64,000 nucleotides of DNA from Chiloscyllium plagiosum (Eukaryota). Under the pieces are notes generated by a model. That model was not told where the DNA came from. It did no database searches and worked only from the letters and a program-made list of their open reading frames with translations. Position numbers and translations under genes: made by a program. The stretch covers positions 19,437,396-19,501,395 of the forward strand of contig NC_057716.1 of NCBI RefSeq assembly GCF_004010195.1. The letters run 5' to 3'. Of this stretch, positions 1-13,900 are shown one piece after another; positions within the stretch are counted from its first letter, which is position 1, and every line of letters starts with the position of its first letter.

Positions 1-236
1 TCTTCATCCAGAGAGTGGTGGCTGTGTGGAATGCTCTGCCCCAGAGGGCAGTCGAGGCCCAGTCTCTGGATTCATTTAAGAAAGAGTTGGATAGAGCTCT
101 CAAGGATAGTGGAATCAAGGGTTATGGAGATAAGGCAGGAACAGGATACTGATTGAGGATGATCCGCCATGATCATATTGAATGGTGGTACAGGCTCAAA
201 GGGCAGAATGGCCTGCTCCTGCACCTATTGTCTATT
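1..236 (+). mobile_element. 3' end of a young CR1-clade LINE
   Basis: Encodes the RT C-terminal 'FFIQRVVAVWNALPQRAVEAQSLDSFKKELDRALKDSGIKGYGDKAGTGY*', then a 3' UTR ending in a CTATTGT-type tail. Nearly identical to the minus-strand copy at 21433-21840. Confidence 0.9.
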
Positions 237-394
237 CTCCCCACCTCAATCCCATTAGGTTACTATCCCCACAGCTAACCCTGCTGTCTTACCTCCATCA
301 CCAAATCAGCCCAATTTCCTACAGCAAGCTCTACAAAACAACTTTGTAGGATTATGATCAATTGCAACTTGACCTGCAGTATTGTTGTGGATTT

Positions 395-700
395 AAGATA
401 GACATTTATTTATACTGCACCTGTCAACACCTCAGACCGTTCCAAATAACTTTACAGTCCGTGAAATACTCTTGAAGTGTAGTGACTGCTGAAATTGTAG
501 AAAACACAGGGCAGTTCGCAAACAGCATAACACACAAAAAGCCAGGTGATAAAAGCCGGATAATCTGTTTCAGTGATGTTGGTCTTAAGGGGCTGATATT
601 GACCAGGAAGAACTCCCTGGGTTTTTGTAATAGGCCACACAATCTTTTACATCCACATGAGTGTGCAGATAGGATCTTGGTTTGATGTCTCAACTGAAAG
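395..700 (-). mobile_element. Deu-domain SINE (SacSINE1/AmnSINE-like)
   Basis: Reverse complement resembles the recalled Deu-SINE core and tail (GGAGTTCT..CCTGG, AAACAGATTAT, ACTACACTTCAAGAGTATTTC..TGTAAAG..TATAAAT). Confidence 0.7.
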
Positions 701-1544
701 ACAGATTTCTGGCAGTCCCTCGTTTGGACTAAAGGGTTAGGTCTTTCAGAGAGAGCTGTGGGATAGTAACATAATGGGACTGTGGTGGGGAAGAGGTGGA
801 CTTCAAAGGTGGCATTGAGGAACTCAAGAAAAACTGGAGCCTATAAAAATTGGGGACAAATTATTGTACTGATTGGAGTCTGCCATAATTTTGAGAATTC
901 TATTTGAGGGAAGGTGGTGTTGCTAGCTAGACCAGCTCTTACTGTCCATCCCTTTTTGTCCTGGATAAAGTGGTGGTGAGCCATCTTCTTGAACCATTGC
1001 AGTCAATGTAGTGCAGATACATCCACAAACCTAGCACAAGGTATCCTCACATCATAGCTCCACCATGTGCATTTCACACAAAAATAACAGAGATTGAATT
1101 ACTCTGCCATATCACTTCATAGGATGGATGCTAATTCTGTAGCTCGCCCTAGAAATCGGAATTGAATTACTGAATGTTAAATTCAAATCAGAAAGCAGAA
1201 TAAAGTCTGCAATATAAACAGGGCCTTGGACACAGTACAAAAAAAAACTTAACCAACAGTACCAACCCAGGCTCAGTGGGGAGCATCACACCTGAATGAG
1301 AAATCTGTGGGTTGGCAGGATAACAAAACAACAGGAGCTGTAGGCCATTCAACCCCTCTGCCATTGAATAAGATCACGGCTGGTCTGATTATAGCCTCAA
1401 ATTCACATTCCTCCCTGCTGTTCCTAGCCTACAACTCCCTTGACAATAACACAACAATTAAGCCACGCTTTGTAGTCTCAATCACATAACTAAGCTAACA
1501 CTGCCAATGCAGCTCTGAAGGGGCTGCAAGAATTCTATTTTTCA

Positions 1545-1832
1545 GATGAGGGGCCTGATCTACTCTCTCAAGCGGATGGAAAAGATTGTGTGACAGTATT
1601 ACAAAGAGCCATGGAATTCTGCCTGGTATCCTGGCTGATAATGCCCTTAAGGTCAAACAGATGACCCAGTTTTTATCACACTGCTTGGTGGGACCTTGCT
1701 GTGTGCAAACTGTTTGGCGCTTTCTCCAATTTCAGCAGAGACTACGCTTCAAGAGTATTTCACAGACTGTAAAGTTATTTGGGATGGTCTGAGGTGTTGA
1801 AAGGTGCAATATAAATAAATATCTATCTTTAA
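1545..1832 (+). mobile_element. Deu-domain SINE, inverted partner of 395-700
   Basis: GTGGGACCTTGCTGTGTGCAAA...ACTACGCTTCAAGAGTATTTCACAGACTGTAAAG...AAAGGTGCAATATAAAT. Confidence 0.7.
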
Positions 1833-2087
1833 CAGATACATTCTCCACCTGATAAAACACTTTCCACAGCTTCTGTTTGTTGGGGTCTGCAACCACATGC
1901 AAACACACCCCAAAACTGCACTACACCATATTCCCCAAACACCATCAGAATGCCACCTTGCACTGTGCTGTCCCTCTCAAATGAATGAAGAATTTGAAGT
2001 AACACATACTTTAAGCTTTAAAATAAACCTTAAGAAACCCCCCCAGCACCACACACACACAAATCTGTACTTTGCTCTCATACTTTA

Positions 2088-2210
<123 letters not shown>

Positions 2211-2619
2211 TTACACATCTGTATCAACTGCACAATGTGAGAAATACATTTATCTCATAAGTATATATGACACTACTGCATCAATAATGGATTCAATTCC
2301 ATTCAGCCTGTATGAATCTCTCCATGGGCCTCTGATATTAGTTAAGCAAAGACTGGCAATGGATAATACCCCTCCAAAGGGTAAGGAGAGCTTAAAGACC
2401 TACTAATTTCAGGTAATCAGCCACAGTCCAGTCAGAACAATGGTTGTACAGCCTGAGGGGCACTGCTCTGCAAACAGGGTCAGGTGAGAGTCTGGGAGGG
2501 GACCTTCATGAACTCTCACAGTATGGGAAATGACTAGTCATTGGCATCATTGTGAGCTAGTCAGCACTGGCCCTCACCCCTTCCACCTGGTGAAATCCTC
2601 ACTTCCATCTCAGAAGGAG

Positions 2620-4070
2620 AAAATACAATCTATTTTAGGAGGCTTTAATTACAGGGTTGACCAAGACTCTGATGTCTGGAGGATATTCAATGTGAAAACA
2701 GGAAACTGCAGGCCAGGTAGCTTAACATCTGCCAAAGGGAAATTGCTGGAATCTGATATTAAGGATTTATAGCAGGAACTTAGAAAACTTCAGTACAATC
2801 AGGCAGAGTCAACATAGCTATTTGAAAGGGCAATGATGCTTGGCCAATTTATTAGAGATCTTTGAGGAAGTAGCAAGCAACGTGTATAAAGCAGTACCTT
2901 TAGATGTGGTGTCCAAAAGGCATTTGACATGGTGCAGAGAACAACATATGGCCATGGTTAGAGAACCGGCTGGATAACAGGAAGCAGACAGGAGGCATAA
3001 ATGGGACGTTTTGGTTGTCTAAGAGTGATGAGAGAAGTGCCAGAGGGATCAGCACTGGGGACAGAACTATTTACAACTTATATTAATGATTTGAATGAAG
3101 GGACCAAATGTATGGTTGCTAAATTTGCTGATGACACAAAGATAGATCGGAAAGCAAGCTGTGAAGATCACATAGGAATGTGAAAGGAATATGGTAGGTT
3201 AAGCAAAAGATTACCAGGTTGAATTTAATGGTGGGAACATGTGAATGTATCCACTTTGGCAGGAAGAATAGAAAAGCAATATATTTAAATTAAGAGAGAT
3301 TGCACAACATGAGATGGAGGTTATCTGGATATCTTGGTGCATGAATAATTAGAGATTAAGACAAATGGATTTTTTTTGTTTATTTGAAAGGGGAATGGTA
3401 TATAAAGCGGGAAAATGGGGTTGAAAAACCTATCGTCCATGATCGAATGCCGGAACAGACCCAATGGGGTGTTTGGCCCATGGTCTTTAAAAGTATGGTC
3501 CTGTGGTCTTATAAAAGTAGGAAAGTTTTGCAACAGCGTTTAAATGGCATTGGTAGGATCACATCTAGGGAGTTTTGTGTATAGTTTTAATCGCCTCATT
3601 TAAGAAAAGAGATAATTACATTAGAAGTAGTGTAGAAAAGGTTCATTCAATAGGAGTGTTAGAAAATTAGGGCCTCTATTGATTGGAGTTTAGAAGGATG
3701 AGTCGTGATCTTATTATAGAGATCTTGAGGGCACTTGAGGGGGTGAATGCTGCAAGGACACTTCCCTTTGTGGGAGAGACTTGAACTCAGGAACACAGTT
3801 TAAAAACATGGGACCTCCCATTTAGGACAGAGATGAGGAAGATCTTTTACTCTCAGAGGGTCACGCGTGTGTGGAATTTTCAAACTCAAACTGGGGGATG
3901 CAGTGTTGTTAAGATGTTGTTAAAATCTTAAATATTGTTAAGATTTTTAGATTCTTGATTAACAAGGACCTCAAAGAGCAGTAATGTGGAGTTGAGAGGT
4001 CACAGTCAGATCAGTTAGTCTTACTAGGTTGGAGGGGCCAAATGGACTATATTTCTACTTACTTGTATAT
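2620..4070 (+). mobile_element. Decayed CR1 LINE, RT and 3' part
   Basis: Broken RT motifs 'VPEGSALGTELFTTYINDL..AKFADDTKI' with many stops and frameshifts. Confidence 0.8.
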
Positions 4071-4513
4071 GCATTTAGATCATTAGAAAAACCAGTGGAA
4101 ATGATTACTTCCAACTAACTTGGTGTGGCCAGATTAAGAACAAGAATTGCCACAGTGCATCCACTGACCCTACACTCTGGGATTTGGACAACACCAGTCC
4201 TGATAGCCATTGTCTGGTATGTGAACTGAAAACAGGATGCTAGGGGCTCAGGAGCCCAGTGGGCCTGTTTGGCCATTTTTCTGATCAGAAGCCCACATTT
4301 TATATTTTCTTCATAACAGAATGGGAATTGAACAGAGGCACCGGATGGACTGGCCGTGGAATCAAAAATCTTATAAGAGTGTAGAACATAACCCTAGATC
4401 AGCTTGGAGGAAAGTGGGAGGGATCAGTCTGAGATTACGGAGTTGAGGCGGGGAGGGAGAGGAGTCAGCAGAAGGGACAAGAGCGGAAGACCTAGTTTCA
4501 GCTGCTTCACCTA

Positions 4514-4831
<318 letters not shown>

Positions 4832-5279
4832 TCACTGATTAATGGCCTTCAGCGAAGTAAACCTTACCTGGTTTGGTTGACACGTTACTCTGGATCCACA
4901 GTAACATGTCCAAGTGTTAACTGCCTTCTGGAAAGGCCAAGCGAGCCACTTCAATAAATGAACGTTTTCAGGGCAACTAGGGATGAACGATAAATTCTGG
5001 CCACACGAATGACGCTCATATCCCAAGATATGAAAATAAAATCTTCCCAGTGTCCTATTCATTTTCCAACACCTCAGGTTCCTCCTCTTTGAAGACTCAC
5101 ACAGAGCTATCAACAGTAGCTAACCTCAACTGATGGAGGCCGTTACAGACTGTATGTATACAAGGCTATGGGCCAAGTGCTGGAAAATGGGATTAGAAAA
5201 GATAGATATTTAATGACCAGTGCAAACATGATGGGCCGAAGGACCTCCTTCCACACTATTAAGAACTCGGTGAGTTTAA

Positions 5280-5700
5280 ATCCAATTCTGCTCTCACACA
5301 GCAATTTTATTCCGAGTCAGAGGGTCATGGGTTGAAGCCACATTCCATAGAAACTAGAGTCCATAGTCAAGGCCAACATTTCAGGTGCATTACTCACAGG
5401 GTGGGCTGCACTGTGCCTTTTGGTTATGGCGTCAACTGAGTCCATCTATTCTCTCAGATGGACTAAAAACAAAACCCAAGGCACTAGTTGAAGAGGAGCA
5501 AGGGGGGGGGGTGGGGTTCTACCTGGTACCCTGGCCAACTTCCATCATTCAACCAACTGCAGAAAACAGATGAAGCTGTGTATGCAGTGGGCAAACAGGG
5601 ATGCCAGTTACAACTCAATAATTACACATCAAAAATAATCTGGTTGTATGGCTGCAAAGTATTGTTTAACATGTACAGTAAATGCTTTTATTTTTATGAA
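5280..5700 (+). mobile_element. Old Deu-domain SINE
   Basis: GAGTCAGAGGGTCATGGGTTGAAG head, GGCACTAGTTGAAGAGGAGCA..CCTGGCCAA core; diverged. Confidence 0.55.
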
Positions 5701-6499
5701 CAGTATTCTAAAGGAGGTAACACCTAAGTCAATCACAGAGTGCAGTGACTGAGCGACCCACTGAGGTGTGACCCCTTCACCATCTGACTGTTTAAGAGAA
5801 AGCCCAGCCTTCAGTCAGGGGAGCTGTAACCAATGGTTGAGAGGGTTAGGAGGGACAAAATTTATTTGGTCAGTCGGCTCACAAATGTACTCATAGATAA
5901 ATGATGGCGGTGGACACTGAGGCTGAACAGGGAAAAGGATCGGAATTTGAGAGGTGGTAGATGAGACTCAGAGTTGAGAAATGCAAAATATTTCCAGACC
6001 CCGCAGTGCTCAAATCCAGCAGGATGGCAGAGGCAGGTGGGGGAAAGGAAAAATCATTTGTTAGAAAAGCTAAGTGCCAGGATAAATTTGGCGACAATAA
6101 GTGAAAGCCTCAGCAAGAAGTTGTGGAGGGGGTGGAGTGACCTTCCACAAAAATCACTGGGCTCCCTTCAAACAACAGGCATGATGCAGGCTCTCTGCCA
6201 TATTCCAAGGTGCCCCTGACGCGTGACATCCTGGCTAAATAGCTGATGCGTTCAACCAGCCACTATGTTTCACAGTCAGCACCATAAACAATCACAAGCT
6301 TGTAAGATGCTACTGAAGGCTGGAATGATCATCAGGCAGAGACAATAAGGAATGGGATGGCCCCCGGACTCAAATGAAATAACCACCAGCGAAAACAAAC
6401 GAGGCTGAGGTACAGAGGCCACTCACTGTCAGAAAAAGTACAAGACTGAGCGACCACCTTGAACTGCTCCTCACCAACACAGCAGTGAAAAATAAAGGC

Positions 6500-6920
6500 A
6501 CATTTCCATAGCACATTCCACTGTCCTCTGTACCCCCAAAAATGCCTTCTAGGCAACAATATACTTCTGAAGTTTAGATCCCAATGCTATGCAGGAAACA
6601 CAGTGGCCAATTTGCGCATAGAAAGACCCCCCAAAGTTCCTGAAGATAGTGAGCAGACCATCCGTTTCTAGTGACATGGGTGAAGGGGTGAACATTGGGC
6701 CAGGACAGTAGGCAAAACTCCCCTGCTCTTCCAGGTAGCGCCATTGGATTTTCTACATCCAGCTGGGAGGGCAGGCAGGGTCCCGATTTAACATCTCATC
6801 TCCCAGGCCTCTGCTTGAACGGTTCATATTCCTACAGAGTACCACACTACGAGCATCAGCCTAGATTGTGTGTTCAAGTCTCTCTCGAGTGGGGTGGAAC
6901 CCACAGTCTCCACATTAGTA
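6500..6920 (-). mobile_element. Old Deu-domain SINE
   Basis: GTGGCCAATTTGCGCA, TTGGGCCAGGACA..AAACTCCCCTGCTCTTC on the plus strand = reverse complement of the Deu core. Confidence 0.55.
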
Positions 6921-8016
6921 CTGACCTCCAAATTGGAGATTGAAACTTTATTGCTGGAACAGCACAGCAGGTCAGGCAGCATCCAGGGAACAGGAGATTC
7001 GACGTTTCGGGCACAGGCTATAAACAACCATTTACTAATCTCACACAGCATTATTTCTAGGGATACCCCCAAGGCCAGCTGTGTAACACAAACATCTTGT
7101 TGGCACGTGCCTGTTATTAGGGGGGAAAACCTTATTCTAATCTCAATAATCTTATCAAATGGTACACGTTCCACAGCTCTAGTTTGCTGCTGCCTGGTCA
7201 CAGGACAGTTGTAATCTTAGAGGTATTCAACCACAAGTTATTGACAAAGTTTTCAAGATATTTATGGAACTGCAAGGCTAGCTGGAGAGAAACAATTTCC
7301 ACCGGTTTGGACGACTAGAGGACAGGTTCTAAAATTAAATTAAAACCACAGGAAGGAAATTAACAAACACTTTGAATAGGTAAAAGTTCCAAACTTTCCT
7401 TTTGTCATTCACAGACTTGTGTGCCATTGGCCTTAATTGTCCGTCCCTAATTTGCTTTGATATGGGGTTGGTCAGGCACCATCTTGAATGCTGCCGTCCA
7501 ATATTGCTTCTGCAAACACAACTGACGCTGCAACAATTGTTAGTTTTAATTGAGACGGATAGATGTCAACAAAAACATGAAAGGCTATGGGGAAAATGCA
7601 AACAAATGCAGCTCACTCAGAGAACAACTTCAATAGCGTAGCAGACTCAAGAGGCTAACTGACTTGCTATTCTTCCTCTATTTAGGATGAATTCCTAAGA
7701 ACCTTCTCCCCACCCCACCCTTTCCACAGCAGCTCTCCAGATAGTGAGTATCTGCAGAATGCCCAACACAGGACCAGACCTTTCTTGAAACCCCAGTTGT
7801 GCTGACAGGCCCACATTAGTGGATGGGGTTAGATGCTCTTCCAGAATTTGTTTCTCCCTGTAGCTCAGGGTTTGCAGAGATTCCAAAAGTTGCACACACT
7901 GTACTAGCCAGGAACAAATTGGGATTTGGTGATCATCACTGCTAAAAAAAACAGAATGGCCTTTCATTTGAAGTCACTCACTGATTTTAAAGGGTGAAGC
8001 TGTTGCAATAATATCA

Positions 8017-8196
<180 letters not shown>

Positions 8197-9109
8197 TTAT
8201 TTGCTCCCATTTCAACAAAAACAATTTTGTTTAACAACTTCGTCATTTTTTCTCATTACTTAAACAAGAGAGTTTGCGTTGATATTGAACTGACTGCAGC
8301 AAATCAACAAACCTCAGAAACCTGTCTGACAGTGCCATTAATCACGCATTAATCTTGAGATGATCACAATCTGCCACAATAGTGTGAAACCACTGAAAGC
8401 AACTGGAGAGTAGCCAGCCACTCAAACCCAGCCTAACTCAACCTCAAACTTCAGACACCCAGAATCACCCCATCCTGACTTACAATTTTACCAACCATTC
8501 CTTCACAGTTGCTGGAATTCTCCCTGACAACACTGTGGCTATACCTACACCACATGGTAAAATAATCTGTTTTTAAATATAATTACACTTTTTTTTGAGG
8601 CAGGCCCCAACTAAGACAGAAACCGAAACAAAAAGAATCGTTAAGGGAAACATAGGTTAACATAGAAAGGAAACTGAAACTTGCAGTTTTTAAGGAAATA
8701 GAAACAAACTAATTTTGGAAACCAAACATTTTGGGGTAAAATGACCCTGGTTAGATACGAAAGGACACAGATCAATCCAAGCTGGGATACTGCAATTGAT
8801 CAGTCCAGTGAGGCAGAATTGGGAAGACTTAATAAGTCAAAATCTTTACCCACAGGCTCCAAACAGGTTTCTGCAGCTTCTAACAGTTTGAGATAACATT
8901 AGTGAATCTATTTCATCCAGACCACTTTTAGCACATTCTGCATGCGTGTGCCATTTGCGGTGAAGCCTGTACCCACGGAACTCGGGTTGGTTGCTTATTG
9001 CTGTGGGCTAGGGATCAGACTCTCTTCGGAGAGTTTGAAGGATTTTGTGACAATAAGATCAGCAAAATGTGAGCAGACTGCAAAGCCAAAAACACAAGGT
9101 ATGTCTTAG

Positions 9110-10500
9110 TTGTACCTGCCATCTAATGGGCAATATATAATGCATATTCAACAGCAATGTGCTTGTCAGTAGGATTAGTTAGGCAATGAGACACATTGGG
9201 TAGGCATATGGTGTCATTTTCAGTTTGACAAAATGTAACAAGTGGAGTGCCACAGGGATCAGTGTTGGAGAGTTAACCATTTACAATCTGTATCAAAGAC
9301 CATATTGCAAGTTGATGCCACAAGGATAGATGAGAAAGTCAGTTATGAGGCAGATATAACGAACCAGCAAAGGGATATAGGGAGTTAGATGAGTGGGCAT
9401 TGTTTGGCAGATGGAATATAATGGGAGAAAATTGTCCATTTTGACAAGAAGAATAGAAACTTATTATTTAAATGGAGAGAGATTAAATGGAGGAGACCAG
9501 AACTCTCCTGCAAAGTGAACCACAAAATGGGATTACAGAAGAGCAGCAACATATTGGAAAGTGGAAAGTTGTTGTTTGTTACAAGGTAAACAGAAGATAA
9601 AAGTTGGAAAGTTTATTACAGATTAAAGGTCATTGATTAAATTACATCTACAGTACCATGTACAATATTGATCACCTTATATAAGGAAGGGCATAATTGA
9701 ATTAAGCAGCTCCCAGAATTTTCACTCAACTCATTCCTCGGTTGAAGGGATTATTTCATGAGGAAAGGTTAAGTAGATTGAGCCTATATCCCTTTGGAGT
9801 TTACAAGAATGAGAATTGAAACATAAGATCCTGCAACGACTTGTCAGTGTAGATCCTGAAAGGATGTTTCCTGTTGAGGGAGAGACTAGAACTACAGGAC
9901 ACCATGTAATATGAAGGGTTTCCCAGTTAAAACAGAGATGAGAATATCTATCTTTTAGTGGATTGAGAATCTGTGGAACTCTCTTCCCTAGAGAGTGGAG
10001 AAGGCTCGATCATCGAATATTTTTAAGGCAGAATCATACAGCACAGAACAGACCCTTCTGTCCAAATAGCCCATGTTGACCATAAACCCAAACTGAACTC
10101 GTCCCACCTGCCTGCACTTGGCCCATATCCCTCCATACATTTCTTATTCATGTACTTATCCAAATGTCTTTTAAATATTATGACCTGCGTCCATTGCTTC
10201 CTCTGAAAATTTCAGTCCATGCATGAACCACACTGTGTGAAAAAAAGTGCCCCTTGTAAATCTTTCTCCTCACCTTAAGAACATGCCCCCTAGTCTTGAA
10301 ACCCCCGACCCTGGGGAAAAGACACCTACCATTCACCTTATCTATAGCCTTCACAAATTTATAAATGTCTGTAAAGGGGGTGAAAGGATTCTGAAAGTAG
10401 GCAGAAGAGTGAAGTTGAGGTGGCAATCAGATCATGATTTTATCAAATAGTGGAGATTTTGAGTTGAATGACCTCATCCTACTCCTAATTGTTACATTCA
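9110..10500 (+). mobile_element. Decayed CR1 LINE with a nested minus-strand CR1 3' fragment (~10030-10372)
   Basis: AGTGGAGTGCCACAGGGATCAGTG RT motif; the nested minus piece encodes 'LFPRVGGFKTRGHVLKVR..FFSHSVVHAW'. Confidence 0.7.
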
Positions 10501-11537
10501 TATGATAATTCATATTTAACTTATGCTAATTCTGTATTTTGTGTAAAGGTTAGATAGAACTTAGTGTTTGTTTTGTTGAGATTTTTTGAATTGTGGAATT
10601 TTGTGGCTTCATTCTTTTAGTAAATTTTGTATTTCTTCCATTTTAAAATTCTGGGATCATAAAATTGTGGATTGCAGCAGTTCAAGAAAATATCTGACCA
10701 ACTCCTCCTTGACAGCAATTAAGATCTTGGCTTAAATACAAAGAACAAAGAAAAGGTGACTCTTATTTTTATTCTGCAGATTAAGGACAGCTGCAATTTG
10801 CCAATATTGTAAATATTTGTATAATAAATAGCTTAAAATTGCACATTTAAAAAAATATATACATTCTATTTGAATGTCAATCTATAATTATCTTATGAAT
10901 TATGATTATAATGAGAAACAAAATACTGGAGACACTCAAAAGGTCTGGCTGCATCTGTGGAGAGAGAAACGGAGTCAATGGTTTGAATCCAATATGACCT
11001 CCTGGAATGAGCAGGAATATGGTGGTTTTTATGCTGTTGACAGAAGGGGAGGAGGATAAAGTGGAATATACGATAAGGGTGTCCTTATCCCCTAAAGTCA
11101 AGGGGAGTGCCAAAAGTGGAAAAGGAGGGATAGTGATATCAAATAGGTGTAAACCAAGATGTGAAAAGGAGAAAGGATCCAGTCTATTTTACTGTATTAT
11201 CACAATGCTTCCCTTACTGCAATGATGATTGCTCAATAAACCAACTGTCTAATTAAAGGAGGGACAATAAATGCCAGCCTTGTTTCTGATGCTCACATTC
11301 AGTGCGTGAATAAAAATAAGACCTGATCCTTGTTGCAAGTATCCAAACCCTGTCCACCCCAAACTGGAACATGTACATTGAAGAATGGTGGTCAATGTAA
11401 AGAGAATAACATGGGGTAAAGGAGAAATAGGAAAAGATGAATAAAAAGTAGAGTGATAGCGATAAAACATTGAGAGAGAAAGAGGGTGAGCGATAGGAAG
11501 ATTGGGAATGTAACATCATGTCAAAGCTTTACTAAAG

Positions 11538-11902
11538 GAGTGACTGACTGATGGCTGACATGATACTGAGTATATCTGACCCAGTAATGGACAGTACAGG
11601 GCATCTAACTTTGAGAGAGAAGAATTATTTTCCCAGAGGGGAAGACTTAATTAGGAGAGAAAGTGAGGACTGCAGATGCTTGAAATTAGAGCTAGTTGGG
11701 CTGAAGGGTCTGTGTTCATGGTCACCTGAGAATCTGTGAATACCAGTACTCCCCATTCAGTGAGTGACTGACTGATGGCTGACATGATACTGAGTATATC
11801 TGACCCAGTAATGGACAGTACAGGGCATCTAACTTTGAGAGAGAAAGTTGGACAGTTTGTGTTCATGGTCACCTGAGAATCTGTGAATACCAGTACTCCC
11901 CA
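11538..11902. repeat. Local tandem duplication (A-insert-B / A-B)
   Basis: An ~84-nt block (11538-11621) recurs at 11762-11846, and an ~45-nt block (11711-11755) recurs at ~11858-11902; both essentially identical. Confidence 0.9.
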
Positions 11903-12339
11903 GTGAGTAACATAAGCAGAAATGCTCATTCTGTGACCTGGAAGCTGAAACTTCAGATTTTAAATCATGGAAATAAAGGTCTCACATTAATCCTGAGACA
12001 AGCACCAGTTGTGGAATTGTGCCAGTCTGATGGTGTGGGCTTATGAGACAGAATGGCGCTTTGAATCCACATGGCACCTAATCCAACTGTCAGGTGTCTG
12101 CACAAGAATGCCACGCTAACACAATTGCATCAGGATATCTAGGAGTCTATACAGACAGCACTGATGTAGGATTGATGCCAATTATTTTTTCTTTCTCAAA
12201 TGGTTTTCTAATATGCTTTCAATACGTTAGCAATAGCCTTGAGAAGCATTCACTGTTCTAATAGCTCTCTGAGAATAGTTCTTCTAATTTTCCATATTCA
12301 TCATATTGGATGTTGGTCATTGATCAGTAGTAGGAAGTC

Positions 12340-12700
12340 AATATTGTAGTTTGCTCTCTAGAGACTTGAGCACATAATCGAAGCTGCACTGAGTGTCAGC
12401 CTCGAGACAGTGGAATGAACTAATAAACCAAGGTTTTGCCTGCCTTCAGGCAGACCATAAAAGGTTTCATGGTCACCATGCAAAGAAGAGCAAGAGTTCT
12501 CCCTGGAATCGTAGTCAATATTTATCAACCAACCAATATCACTAATACAGAACAACTGGGTATTTTCAGCAGTGTTGTTTCATGGATCTTGCTGTGCATA
12601 AGCTGTGTCCCATTTCCTACAGGGAATTGCATTGTGGTGATGGTGGTGGTGGTGGGATCCGTGATGAGGTTGAAAGGCACAATATGAATGCAGACTCCTT
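12340..12700 (+). mobile_element. Deu-domain SINE
   Basis: AAGAAGAGCAAGAGTTCTCCCTGG..CAATATTTATCAACCAACCAATATCACTAA..GATCTTGCTGTGCATAA. Confidence 0.6.
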
Positions 12701-13467
12701 ACTGCAGATGAAGCAAAGGCTTACTGGAATGAGGAATGACCACTTAGGATTGCAGCTGGTGGGTGGGGGTGGGATATTGTGGAACTACATACAGCAGCCC
12801 TTGCTGAAATCAGTGAGGAGACAGTTACATGAAAACAGGCTGATCTTTAGAAATGGAGTCAGAAATACTTGCTCTTGTGTTACCTCCCTGTACATGCCGT
12901 GAACAGGGCTGGGTGCTGTGGACATTCTAAAAATGATGCAGTTCAGAGCAGCTTTTCTGATCAAAAGATTGATACCCATGCTGGCTTCCCAGGTTTATAA
13001 CTCTGGCTCTCAACCTGCGAACACAGAGCCCTGAAATCTCTGGCAGGACAGTTAGTCACGGGGCAGTGTAATCCCCAGCAACCAATGGCCTTGAGTTGTT
13101 TCTCAAGCTGCTTAACGACTCAGACATTTAAATCATTTTAAACCTGAACTTTGAACCTAATTGCACTCAAGTGAACAACAGCCTTCCAGTAAAGTACTGG
13201 CCTCACGTGTCGTTCATTATCTGTGGCACATCCTCTCTCCACTTCCTTCGAACACTAGCTTTAACAATGTATTTATAGCAATCTTTTGTAACCCTAAACA
13301 AGTGAACATGACCAAATCACAGGGTAGCGGGCAAGGAGCAAAGAGTCAAGTCCTATTCATTAACCCAGAGTATAACTGGGGTCTCAATAATGCAGTTGCT
13401 CAAGCTCTCAGAACAAGATGGGGTGGATGCGAAATAGAGGGGCAACAGGAAGCAGCAAACAGATGGT

Positions 13468-13900
13468 GAATCAATTTGTTTCTATTGTAACAGACTGTGA
13501 ATACATTTGTTTCTGTACTGTATCAGACAGTGAGTCACTTGTTTCTGTACTGGTTCACAGCCTGTTACACTGTTACAGTAAAGGCTAAATTGTATCAATT
13601 TATTTCTGTACTATATCAGACAGTGAATCATTTGTGTGTATCGTAACAGGCTGTGAATTAATATATTTCTGTATTATAACAGGCTAGGAATACATTTGTT
13701 TCTATAGTGTAACAGACAGTGAATCGATATGTTTCTGCATTGTAACAGGTTGTAAATTTGTTTCTGTACTGAAACAGACAGCAAACCATTTACTTCTGTA
13801 ACAGGCTGTAAATCAACTTGCTTCTGTACTGTAACAGAGTGAATTAATTTCTGTACTGAAAATGAATTAAGTTTATTCTACTATAACTGACTGCGAATTG
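13468..13900. repeat. Degenerate minisatellite, ~30-33 bp unit
   Basis: Recurring TTTGTTTCTGTACTGTAACAGACAGTGAAT-like units, about a dozen copies. Confidence 0.85.

Noticed and set aside
13468-13900. CRISPR-like periodic repeat
   Set aside because: Contiguous degenerate tandem units without unique spacers, in vertebrate DNA with no cas genes.
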